From: Octopus vulgaris
Lineage: Eukaryota
Length of the DNA stretch: 64,000 nucleotides
Direction of reading: 5' to 3'
Assembly: GCA_951406725.2 (NCBI GenBank)
Contig: OX597823.1
Coordinates: 9,920,001-9,984,000 of the forward strand
Within the stretch, counting starts at the first letter, position 1, and each line of letters starts with the position of its first letter. The notes under the pieces are model-generated. The model made no database searches. It had not been told where the DNA came from and saw nothing but the letters and a program-made list of their open reading frames with translations. Positions 41,871 through 53,589 of the stretch are shown here, piece by piece. Position numbers and translations under genes: made by a program.

Positions 41871-41885
<15 letters not shown>
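41383..41885. repeat. Local direct duplication (~150-bp block at 41383 and 41693)
   Basis: gaatatgttcatgtgaatggatatata...cagtccttctgaaccagccgtgcgtgaa occurs twice. Confidence 0.85.
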
Positions 41886-41906
<21 letters not shown>

Positions 41907-42135
41907 GTATAGTTTTGGTATATTTTGTTACGAACGTAGTAGAGCACAGTATAAAGCTCGACCACCTTCAGATTCCACCCCGTGCTACCCACTAGTAGTA
42001 TTATACATACTCCTAGGTTTGCTTTCAGGCATCTGTCGTGTGTGAATAGATAGGGAAAAATGGAAAAACTTTGTATGTGTCTATCTGAGTGGGAGTACAT
42101 ACCTGTATATGTGTGTGTGTGTGTATGTATATATG

Positions 42136-42204
<69 letters not shown>

Positions 42205-42231
42205 ATGTATGTATGTGTATATATATATATG

Positions 42232-42547
42232 TTTTTACTTGTTTCAGTCATTTGACTGCGGCCATGCTGGAGCACCGCCTTTAATCGAGCAACTCGACCC
42301 CCGGGCTTATTCTTTGTAAGCCCAGTACTTATTCTATCGGTCTCTTTTTGCCGAACCGCTAAGTGACGGGGACATAGACACACCAGCATCGGTTGTCAAG
42401 CAATGCTAGGGGGACAAACACAGACACACAAACATATAAATATACATATATGTATACATATATACGACAAGCTTCTTTCAGATTCCGTCTACCAAATACT
42501 CACAAGGCATTGGTCGGCCCGGGGTTATAGAGAAGACACTGTGCCAA
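42232..42547 (-). mobile_element. SINE family A (truncated)
   Basis: Identity to the family consensus. Confidence 0.88.
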
Positions 42548-43198
42548 GTGTGTATGTCTGTGCTTATGCAGTGTGTGTGTCCGCATGTATGTATGTGTAT
42601 CATATATACACAGCCACTTAAATATAAATATATATATATATATTTATATATAAACGGGAGTATGTGTGAGTGTCTCTGTGCATGTGTGTGTGTCTGTGCT
42701 TATGCGTGTGTGTGTTTGTGTGTGCATGTGGCCGAGCGTTAATGCGTATATAGATGTATATGTGAACGACTACGTGTATTTAAGTATAGGCCGATTTGTA
42801 AAGGTCAGCTAAGGACAATCGCATGTGTAAACAACGATGAAGAAAGAAACAGCAGAAACAAATAAAATGGCAACTCCTTTAAAACGGCAATCACTTTAAC
42901 TATAGCAGAATCGCCATCCCACTACATCTACACATCAAAACGGTCCCTCAGCAACTCAACACCATGATAAACTGATACTATTAAATTGAGGCTACGACAG
43001 ACAGAGAGGGTGTTCTTGAAGCCGAGAATGTGAAGTTACGGAAACATTTTTTATATATCGCCTGTGGAAACAGAACTAGATCTCATAATGCAGGGAAACA
43101 GTTGCATAATCGAGTACCTGAACATCTGGAGAACTACATGGCGTGGAAACAATTGTAGCGCTCCTTGTTGACATTATATATATTATATATAGTCTTTC

Positions 43199-43236
<38 letters not shown>

Positions 43237-43238
<2 letters not shown>

Positions 43239-43445
43239 GAGTAAACACATAAATGTGAAACAAGGTGGAAAAAAGAGTACTCAAATACCAGTGGTAGAGT
43301 AATATGCTTTATTTAAAGCAGCAGAAAATTCAACAAAACCTGTTACTCTGAGTTTCCCATTGCAAAAACTGTCCGATGAACGGCAACGGGAAACTCAGAG
43401 TTACAGGTTGTGTTGAATTTTCTGCTGCTTTAATTAAAGTATATA
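43237..43445. mobile_element. Asymmetric palindromic element in (TA)n with HHR variant CCGAUGA (family P4)
   Basis: Arms 43308-43358 and 43388-43439; ctgt-CCGATGA-A-cg-gcaa-cg-G-GAAA-ctc-a-gag-TT-acag at 43369-43406. Confidence 0.7.
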
Positions 43446-43510
43446 TATTTATATATAAGGTCCGTAAACACACATACTTAAACATACACATGCACAGATG
43501 TATATATATA

Positions 43511-43780
43511 GAAGAATTGAGAGACAGAACCTCCATCAAAGTAATTCAATTAATAATAAAAGATATAATCTATAATAAAATATAAATTTAAATATATTAT
43601 TAATATTGCACTAAAAATTACTATACTAAATAATACACATTAAGTCAACTTAATGTATATTATTTAGTATAGTTATTTTTAGTACAGTATTAATAATATA
43701 TTTAAATTTATATTTTATTATAGATTATATCTTTTATTATTAATTGAATTACTTTGATGGAGGTCTGTCTCTCAATTCTC
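43511..43780. mobile_element. ~270-bp near-perfect fold-back element in (TA)n
   Basis: gaattgagagacagaacctccatcaaagtaattcaatt... mirrors ...aattgaattactttgatggaggtctgtctctcaattc; centre cattaagtcaacttaatg. Confidence 0.9.
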
Positions 43781-43870
43781 TATATATATATACATCGTGA
43801 AATTTGATTTAGTATCACTAAATTGAGTTTGTTTTCTCCTGTTGCGTTGGAATTTTGTATTCCCTATTAT

Positions 43871-43915
<45 letters not shown>

Positions 43916-44224
43916 TTCTATACATATGTATTTTTATATTTTTATATATATATATATATATTTATATTTTTTTATATATTTATTATTCTAGATGTTATAA
44001 TGCTATAAATTTTTTTTTTAGTTACTAAAGTATTAATTATTAATTTTTAATCGCGATAGACTGTAATCACGCGTTTCTCTTATATGCTTGTCTAAATTAA
44101 TTATGCTTCATCTTCTGGATTTATGCCGCTATATTCTATGTATAAGAAAATGCATTATGTTCGAGATGTGATATGTTAGCTGGATGTCCTTATATCTGTT
44201 GTTTGTTCTCTCTCTCTCTATATA

Positions 44225-44618
44225 TATATATATATCAAGCGGAATTTCTCTGTGTATGGCAGGTTTTGTAGCCTTCAACTAACACTACCTCCTCCGAGAC
44301 CCTGCGGCGCAAGTTAACCAGAATTGAAAGTATGATAGAGGAACGTTTGCTTTTCCTTTCGTTGTAAAAAAATTCAAATCGGACCATGTTAACACCAAAA
44401 AATATTTACATCAAAAAAGTGCTTTTTTTTCTATAAAAAAAACCCCTTATTTTCACGATTTTCTGATTGCTGTGACGCCATTTTTCGGTGTATTTCAACC
44501 AGAAAAATGTCAACTTAAAGAGAACAATAAGCTACATAATGCAAAAGTTTTACTTTTCAAAAATTCCAATTCTAAAGGGTCGGAAACAAACCCGAGCAAC
44601 GCCGGGCGATACTACTAA
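44225..44618 (+). mobile_element. Non-autonomous Helitron, second subfamily (shared 3' end, different interior)
   Basis: Ends acaaacccgagcaacgccgggcgatactactaa, as in the 15607 copy. Confidence 0.75.
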
Positions 44619-45150
44619 TATATATATATAGTTTAAGAAATAATTTATGGTACGTTGCGTCAAGTTGCCAAATATATTAGCACTCTGTATCTAAATCACA
44701 CTGCACACTCAATCTCCAGTTGCACTCAAAATAATTTTTAAACTCCATATCGTTAGATTTAGGCTACAGAGAAGAAAACAATCTCATAAAGCCTAAATTA
44801 TCGCAGATTAATTATACACCAGACCCTATCATAACATTCAAATATCTTATAAAATTAAGCTACCCTCTTCTGAAATAACCAATCTTCCTACAACGTTATA
44901 AAATTAGCCGAATATTCTATGTTACTGATAGGGAATGGAATTCGTGTTTATCTTCTCTGAGGGTAGTTAATAACATTGGGAAACTGTTCGCCAAATGAAT
45001 TCTCTATTTTTATGCATATCGAAATCATACAATATCATGTGTACAAACCTATTCTTTGCACAACTAAAACATTTCCTCGTATCTAAATTTGATTCCCTCC
45101 TCCTACTTAAACACCTCGAAAGTAAGATTTGTTGTGCTATATATATATAA

Positions 45151-45181
<31 letters not shown>

Positions 45182-45240
45182 CATACATACATACATACAT
45201 ACATACATACATACATACGTATACATATATATATATATAT

Positions 45241-45767
45241 AATTATTATTTGAGGGAATACTATTCCTAACTTATAGGGAAAAATTCAATTTTGAAAAAC
45301 TAAAGTAAATTTCACAAAATATAATATATATATGAAAAAAAAACATATTTTAGCAATTCAAAATGAACAATTAAATTACACCATCTAGAAAATTACATAT
45401 TATAGAAATATTAAAGATGAAATATCAATAGTATAGCAATGATTAAGTAAAATGCAAAATAATAATAAAAACGTATATATTTGGTATATGCACACGATAT
45501 TTCGGTATCGTGTTGGCATTTAGTATAGCAAATTGCATTTTATATGGGACCATGCTGATGATGGTTGCACTTTTCCTTGCGGAAAATAACAACCGAAACT
45601 AAATTTAGTACATGGGTAAATATTTATTTCGTATATTTTTCACTTGTTTATTGCTTTGGTTTTTGTGTTGAATTTGATCTGAGAACATAGACTTTTTGTG
45701 GAGAATGGCGATTTGACGTCTATATCTAGCATGTTGACTGTCCACTTTTAGTATTCAGTCCTTAATT

Positions 45768-45770
<3 letters not shown>
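45241..45770 (+). mobile_element. Penelope pLTR-like insertion(s) in (TA)n carrying a canonical HHR (family P5)
   Basis: HHR at 45550; the downstream segment tttgatctgagaacata..atggcgatttga recurs at ~51324; the left end resembles 62640-62700 in reverse. Confidence 0.65.
45550..45615 (+). ncRNA. Canonical type I hammerhead ribozyme
   Basis: ccatg-CTGATGA-T-ggttg-cac-ttttcc-ttgc-ggaaaa-taa-caacc-GAAA-ctaaatttag-TA-catgg. All core nucleotides present; GUA cleavage triplet (cut after 45610). Confidence 0.9.
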
Positions 45771-45830
<60 letters not shown>

Positions 45831-45834
<4 letters not shown>

Positions 45835-46033
45835 ATTCGCTAGCTTCTGCACGCATTTTTTTTCTTCCTTGTTTCTCTCCGTGTTTCTGTTCTGTGTATC
45901 TTTCTGTTGAAGAGCGTAGGCTCGAAACGTAAAATACTTGTTTCATTTATATTCCTGAGCGCCATACTAATACAATTGTTTGTTTGTATTCCACCTGCCT
46001 TCGTCTTTTATTTATTTTCATAAAGCTTCCCGT

Positions 46034-46035
<2 letters not shown>
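45831..46035 (+). mobile_element. Family P1a pLTR-like element with HHR variant CUGUUGA
   Basis: ttt-CTGTTGA-A-gagc-gtag-gctc-GAAACGTA-aaa at 45901-45934; (TA)n on both sides. Confidence 0.78.
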
Positions 46036-46077
<42 letters not shown>

Positions 46078-47097
46078 CGAAATGCAGAGTATTGAGACTA
46101 TAATATCTTATACAAGAAGGCAAGAATTACGTTATACTTGAGAAGAAACTAAAACACAAACCCGCCCTTAATTAAATCGTGAAAAAATATTAAACAGCCA
46201 TCGTATACAACGAACATATTTTTATGTATATTCATACCGTTTATATTTTAGTGTACACTCATGCCGCTAATATTCACGTTGATAATTATTGATAAACGTA
46301 ACATTCCAGGATCTTTGCTTTGTCGAATTTCTTATGGTTTCGGCCGTCATGTTTTAGAATACTTACATCAACTTATTGTTTTAACGCATGAGAGTCTCTA
46401 TAAGAAATTTGCATTAAATTTGTTTCTACTAATTCGTTAAATGATACCATTGTTGAAGAGGAATGAATTTACATTTGATCTGATTTTGGTTTGGCCGTAA
46501 CCGACATGGAATGATTTTGCATAGGCCGTCATTTGGGAGTTAATCTAAACTTTTAAAGCGTAATCCGACATAATGCATTTGCTACGGATTTTCATGGGTG
46601 GTTTGGTTTTACTCGCTCAAATACAAGATGCTTCTCCATACTTAGGTAACTTTTCATGCTAGGTTTGTTAATTTACAGTTGATTAAAAGCTCCAAATACA
46701 TTAACATCATGTTAGTAATACTGGTACATTTGTACCGAAAAGAATGGAATACACCGTTAGGTGATTTGCGGATTATATCACATGCTAAAAGCCTCTGATT
46801 CCATAGTGTATATATGCTTGAATGCATGCACGTAACAATACCTGTAATTCAAACTTACCACTTTGTCAGTGTGCGTCATTCTTTTTCTATTAAGGAATTT
46901 CGATAACGCTACACACGCATACTGAAATCTCACCCAGGTATCCAATCATCCAGTGAACAGGTAATGCGTTTGATCGAACAACTAAATACTCATCGACAAA
47001 AGCAACGGTGATCCATTAATATGAGTATTTATACTCACACGCAGTTCACAGACGTTCACACGCACGCACACACATAAACACAATACATACACACAGC

Positions 47098-47805
47098 GCG
47101 CCGGGCGAAATGCTTATCGGTACGTTCTAAGTTCAAATTCCGCCGAGGTCGACTTTATCTTTAAAAGGCGGCGAGCTGGCAGAAGCGTTAGCACGCCGGG
47201 CGAAATGCGTAGCCGTATTTCGTCTGCCGGTACGTTCTGGGTTCAAATTCCACCGAGGTCTTCTTTGCCTTTCATCGTTTCGATGTCTATAAATTAAGTA
47301 CCTATTTCTTTACTGCCCACAAGGGGCTAAACACAGAGAGGACAAACAAGAACAGACAAAGGGATTAAGTCCATTACATCGACCCCAGTGCGCAACTGGC
47401 ACTTAATTTATCGATCCCGAAAGGATGAAAGGCAAAGCGGACCTCGGCGGAATTTGAACTCAAAACGTAGCGGCAGACGAAATACCGCAACGCATTTCAC
47501 CCGGCCTGCTAACGTTTCTGCCATAAGTACCAGTTACGCACTGGGGTCGATGTAATCGACTTAATCCGTTTGTCTGTCCTTATTTGTCCTCTCTAAGTTT
47601 AGCCCCGTGTGGGTAGTAAAGAAATAGGTATTTCGTCTGCCGTTACGTTCTGAGTTTAAATTCCGCCGAGGTCGACTTTGCCTTTCATCCTTTCGAGGTC
47701 TATAAATTAAGTACCAGATACGCACTGGGGTCAATGTAATCGACTTAATCCGTTTGTTTGTCCTTGTTTGTCCCCTCTATATTTAGCCCCTTGTGGAGTA
47801 ATAAA
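47098..47805. mobile_element. Nested/tandem cluster of SINE family B copies
   Basis: + copy from 47165 is interrupted at taagtacc by a - copy (47300-47523), resumes at 47525, and is followed by another + copy from ~47627. Confidence 0.85.
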
Positions 47806-47983
47806 TAAATAACAATACACACACATATGCCTGCACATAGACACACAAATAAATACACACACACACGCATACGCATGCATACACGTAGACACACACACAC
47901 ACACATACATACGTAGATGCATAAACACGTACACACATACATATATATGTGGGGGGAAGGTGTGTGTGAGTGTGTATGTATGT

Positions 47984-48832
47984 GTACACAAATGGTGGTT
48001 TCAGGAGTTTTGAACCACTTTTCAGGAGAATATTTTCCAGACAATTAATTATTCCAGTGATGTACAACACATAGTTCCCATGCACTTGCCTCTCACCAGG
48101 CATTTCATGAGGCCCCTACTGATGTCATACAAAGCAAAAGTGTCCATGACCCTTGTCACAATTTCCTCCATCTTATCAGCTTAGGGGAAAAACAAAATTC
48201 ACAAAGAACATGGTGTAGACAGCAGGGAGAATAAGGGACAGTCTTCATACCCCTCTCTATCAAGTAGTTGGTTGCAACGACGGAATTTTGGACTGGTGCA
48301 TTGTCCTCGTGCAGATGCTCTGGCCTTTTGCGACGAAATCTCTTCTTGAACACCACCAGACCCTTCATAAAGTAGGCTTTGTTGACTGCCTGGCCAGACG
48401 TAACTCAGACGATGTCGTTGCTGTAGGAAAAGGGGATCAGCATGAGATTCCCGGTGGACCTCTTTGCTTGGCCTCTTGCGGCAACGTAAAAAGAGGTGCT
48501 TAACTCAAACAAGTTAACCCATAATTAGACTGAAGCAACTCTTAAATTTCTGTGGTGCTTTTACTCAGTTTAAAGCGAAACGTTATTGCATCGAGAGCTT
48601 TCAAATTGTCTTCCCAGCACAATTGTATTCTGTAAACTTGGCAGCTGTGAGGAGCAGTCTTTAGTATGGAGTATTCAAAGTGCCGCTGCAGCCTCCCTTT
48701 CAATATGGAATAACAAAAGTTGGGACGTCAGCTTATTAAGCATTTAATAATACACTAAAGTTACAATAGTCTAAGACAGTTATAACCACCTACCGTAACA
48801 CTGTCTCAAAGCTTCTGGATGCACCTCGTCTA
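47984..48832 (-). mobile_element. Decayed mariner (DD34D) element
   Basis: HLHEDNAPV...VPYSPCCLHHVLCEFCFSPKL resembles HHDNAPAH...HPPYSPDLAPCDFxLFPKL; degenerate TIR-like ends next to TA. Confidence 0.8.
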
Positions 48833-48856
48833 AGTATATGAATATATATATATATA

Positions 48857-49247
48857 CTAGCAGTATCGCCCGGCGTTGCTCGGGTTTGTAAGGGAAATAA
48901 CTATATAAGCATTTTTAGAGATGTAAAGTATAATAGCCATCTCAATATGGCTAACCACAAAGAGGGGGTGTTATTGTAGCTTTTTACGTTCTGAGATTTA
49001 ATAATACATTTTTAGAGAGTTACTTCCCTTATATAATAGCAAAAAATGCATTAAAAATGGGAAAAAATTATGGTAAATTTTTTTTTTTAATCGTAGACTC
49101 ATCGTAGACGCGCGCTAATACCCAGAAGGGCTCGATATGAATCACGACTATAATATACCCGCTTTTGGTTGCACTGCACCGCAAAATGTGGTAGTAGTTA
49201 GGAATCTAAATCGTAGGAGACAGACACACAACTTCACTTTTATATAT
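48857..49247 (-). mobile_element. Non-autonomous Helitron
   Basis: Near-identical to 12162-12555. Confidence 0.9.
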
Positions 49248-49249
49248 TT

Positions 49250-49880
49250 ATAATTCCAAGAGAGTTAGAGGTTGTGAATCCAACCAACTAAGGGATAATA
49301 TCTATCCAATATACTGCTAATAGAATACCCGATTATTAATACACAAGTGATTTTTCATTGCATCGCGGTTACATTACCGAGTATAATAAATGGGTGAGTG
49401 TAAAGAGTTATCTTACCATTAATTTATAGAGCAATAATAAAATGGAGGCGGTTAATAGGTGGTATTCATCAACTTTTAGACATTAAATTATGTCAATTTA
49501 TTTATTTGCTAAAATGACAATTATAACAATATACATACATGTATAACATATTATGCTTCACATATATAATATATAAAGATATCAGTAATTATTGAAATAT
49601 ATACGATACATGAATAGAAATTGGGAAAAGTGTCTTACAGCTGTTTCAGCCAAGAGGCAAAAATACCTCATTCTACATATATCCCTCCAGTAGACTGAAG
49701 TAGTTAGCAGATGAAATTGAAGTACTTGGGTGTTTCTGTAGGCGTCGTCAGAGTTTTTAGAAAGTACATAAGGTTAAGTTATAAATATAAATACACACAC
49801 GTATACATACTTTGACGTAATATAATGTCTAAAAGTTGATGAATACGACCTATTGATCCCCTACATTTTCTTATTGCTTG
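49250..49880 (-). mobile_element. pLTR-like element with long-stem-II HHR and a partial inverted arm (family P6)
   Basis: Minus-strand CTGACGA-c-gcc...ggc-t-GAAACAGCTGTA at 49630-49756; inverted repeat 49430-49497 / 49811-49878. Confidence 0.65.
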
Positions 49881-49907
49881 CCCTCTCTCTCTCTCTATCT
49901 CTCTCGT

Positions 49908-49943
<36 letters not shown>

Positions 49944-50730
49944 TTCTTTTAAATCGCTACACGGAGGCTGTATTTTCAGAAGTGTGAATAGAACAAGAGT
50001 GAAATATCTGTATACGTGGTGTTTGAAATCAGGTTATCTACATCCTTCGCTCGAAGCCAGAATTTATCTACATCCAAGGAGCTCACAATAATCGCCTTCC
50101 AAATCTGAGTATAAACCCAAACAATCAGGAACAATATTAATGTCTTAAATACTACTTGAAACAGTAATTCGTCGTTGGAGATAAAAGTATTTCTGATAAA
50201 CAAACATCATTTTGAACTTAAAGTCTTAAGCGAATCAATACAAGGATTAAAATAAAATCTCAGTCCGATATAGGATTCTTTCAGAAGTACACAGTGATGG
50301 TAGGAAACGGAGGAACGATTGAAATTCTGCTGCAAAATTTCATTATTACGTGGGAAAAAAAATTGATGTAAAATAGAAATAAAATTCATCAATATATTAT
50401 CTTGTATAAAATGAATAAATATTTATTAGCGGAAGAGAAGTAGTTAGAGATTTGAAGTGCAAAAGAGAAAATAATCCAACGGAAGTAGAGGGGGAGGTGG
50501 GTAAAATTGGAATTCTGAATAAAACAAAATACGAGAAAAGTAATATAAAGAATGAGTGGTAATAATTTGGAAGAGAGAAAAAAGAAATAATGTCTGTGAC
50601 CTGAAACGGTAGGACAGAAGCGGAAGAGTGCGATGAAGATATGCATAGAGATAAATATATACACGTACAAACAGTCAAGCATGAACGAACCACGCAAAGA
50701 CACATGTACACACTTGCATATATATATATA

Positions 50731-50761
<31 letters not shown>

Positions 50762-50784
50762 ATGTATGTATGTATGTATGTATG

Positions 50785-50825
<41 letters not shown>

Positions 50826-51734
50826 ATACACATATATACAAATGTATATATATATATATGTATATGTGTATATGTATATCTATAGATGTATATATATGTG
50901 TATATGTATCTTCGAAACGTAGAGTAGATGAAACCATGGCGACCGAAGAAGGAGTTTTTTCCTTGTGTTATTTGTCCTGTACTCTATTTTTTTGTTGTTG
51001 AAGAAAAAATGTCCAGTTCTTTGGGTTTGTGTCTATGATTTCGTTTCTCATTGTGTTCGACGCATTTTTTTGTGTCCTGTACTCATATATGCGTGTATAT
51101 ATACATGTAGAGGTAGGTACGTACATATATGTATATATATATGCATATGTTTTATTTATTAATATATTATATATATATATATTAATATAGAAATTGATAT
51201 TTATCAATTAAGACCAGTGGTCTAGTATATTAAAAAAGAATCGAAGATTAAAATATTTATATATACCAATAAGAAAACGAAAAGGAACACACACCACAAA
51301 GATATGTTCTCATAAACTGAGTTTGATCTGAGAACATAATAATGGCGATTTGATCTATATCTATACTATTTTCGTGTTATAATATATATGTATACATACA
51401 TATACATATATACATATGTATATATATGTAGATATAGATGTGTGTATATGTATGCGTGTATATATATACACGCATACATACACATACATATATACGCATA
51501 CATAGGAATATATGTGTGGAATTGAGTGATCTTGTGCCTGTGCATGCATGTGAGTATGCGTCTGCGTGAAAATAAAATAAAAGTTGAAATTGTGAAATGG
51601 CGTAGGAGGCCTAGACCATGTATATGCCAAAAGAAGAAGAAGAAGAAGTAGGAGGAGGGGAAGAAGAAGAAGAAGAAGGAGGAGGAGGAGAAGAAGAAGA
51701 AGAAGACGAAGAAGTAGAAGAAGGGGAAGATGAG

Positions 51735-51783
<49 letters not shown>

Positions 51784-51844
51784 CAGCAGCAGCCGATCTG
51801 CTAGTTAATAAAAACTAAAAATCCGCCAACGACTAAACAAATAC

Positions 51845-52135
51845 CAATTTCTTTACTACCCACAAGGGGGCTAAACACAGAGGGGATAAACAAAGACAGA
51901 CAAAGGGATTAAGTCGATTACATCGACCCCAGTGCGTAACTGGTACTTAATTTATCGACCGCGAAAGGATGAAAGGCAAAGTCGACCTCAGTGGAATTTG
52001 AACTCAGAACGTAACGGCAACCGAAATACCTTTTTTTTTTTTTACTACCCACGAGGGGCTAAATACAGACAGGACAAACAAGGACAGACAAACGGATTAA
52101 GTCGGCGTGCTAACGATGCTGCCAGCACGCCGCCA
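51845..52135 (-). mobile_element. SINE family B (composite)
   Basis: Identity to 47300-47523. Confidence 0.85.
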
Positions 52136-52419
52136 TCGACTAAACAGACACATTTGGAGTGGCAATAAGAGCAAAATGAAAATAACAATGAAGAAAAGCA
52201 GGTTTTGAGAATGAAGAATTGATAGTATAATGATATTCAAAATAAAAATAAAGATTTCTTGGATTATAATGAGCCACGAGGCCCATCATAGGTGTGGAGG
52301 CAGTTACAAAGGCAGTAATCGATTTATGTGGGTGAGTAGATAAAAGGTGAGGAGAAAGGATTATGGGAAGGTTGATTAAATGCGATAATAGTAAACATTG
52401 CATATAAAGGTGTGCGATA

Positions 52420-52439
52420 CTACTACCTCTACAACAACA

Positions 52440-52474
<35 letters not shown>

Positions 52475-52692
52475 AACTACTAATACTACTACAACTACAT
52501 CTACAACTACTACTACTACAACTACTACTACTACTACTACTACTACTACAACTACTAATACTACTACAACTACATCTACAACTACTACTACTACAACTAC
52601 TACAACTACTACTACTACTACTACTACTACTATTTCTTCTCCTTCTTCTACTACAACTACTACTACAACTACAACTACTAATACTGCTGCTG

Positions 52693-52726
<34 letters not shown>
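52420..52726. repeat. (ACT)n/(ACA)n compound microsatellite
   Basis: Direct reading; source of the poly-T/poly-V ORFs. Confidence 0.95.
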
Positions 52727-53524
52727 CCTATTCATTCTACCCTAGGCACATAGTATGAACATTTTGCGGGAGCGGAGTTAGGTGATTCCGTCGCCCTTAG
52801 TTTTTTAACAAGCATTTATTTCATTGACACCAAAAGAAGAAACGGCAACGTCCACCTCGGCATGATTTGGATTCATTCAGAAGGTGAAGACGGACGAAAT
52901 GCCGCCAAACATTTTGTTCGGCGTGCAAACGATTCTGGATAACAAGAGAGAAATTTGGGATCAGGAAAGGGAATAAGTATGGTGGGGAAGAATTGTGGTG
53001 GAAGAGATGAACGGGGCTGATGGGTGGAAGGGTTGTTTCACTTAGGTGCTCCCATACACAGATATACTCATACATACACACATAAATACACATACGTATA
53101 GATATATATATAACTTAATTCCCGTGTTGTGTTGCTGTTGCTGATCTTTCTTGACATAATCCACTCGATTTTGCATTCGTGTGTGTTCATCGCCCCTTTC
53201 CAGGTGAGGTGTGAAAGCGGAGGAGTCTGACGTGTGATGCAATCTGTTAGAGCCACCTCTGGCTTCTTCCATGTAACTGAGCAAAGCAGACATCACCACG
53301 TTTGGTTTTGAAAATATCTTTTTCAAAACGAATTTGAAACAAATTAACCAACCAGATCTATGAGGCTCCGGTCACTTTAAGAAATGGTTTTGTAATAAAA
53401 TAAGAACTTTTGCAGGTACAAATAACAGATAAAATTTACGAACGAAACGACGCGCGTCTAATCAGTACGAATAATAATGATAATAACCCATGTCACTTTG
53501 ATGGCATCCACTGCTCTCTCACTC

Positions 53525-53586
<62 letters not shown>

Positions 53587-53589
<3 letters not shown>

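Noticed and set aside
50590-50925. Half-motifs gaaacggtaggaca and cgaaacgtagag
   Set aside because: Only the 3' half of an HHR core is visible; possibly pLTR debris but not supportable.
53042-53326. 94-aa minus-strand ORF of ordinary composition
   Set aside because: No domain recognised, and it runs into microsatellite.
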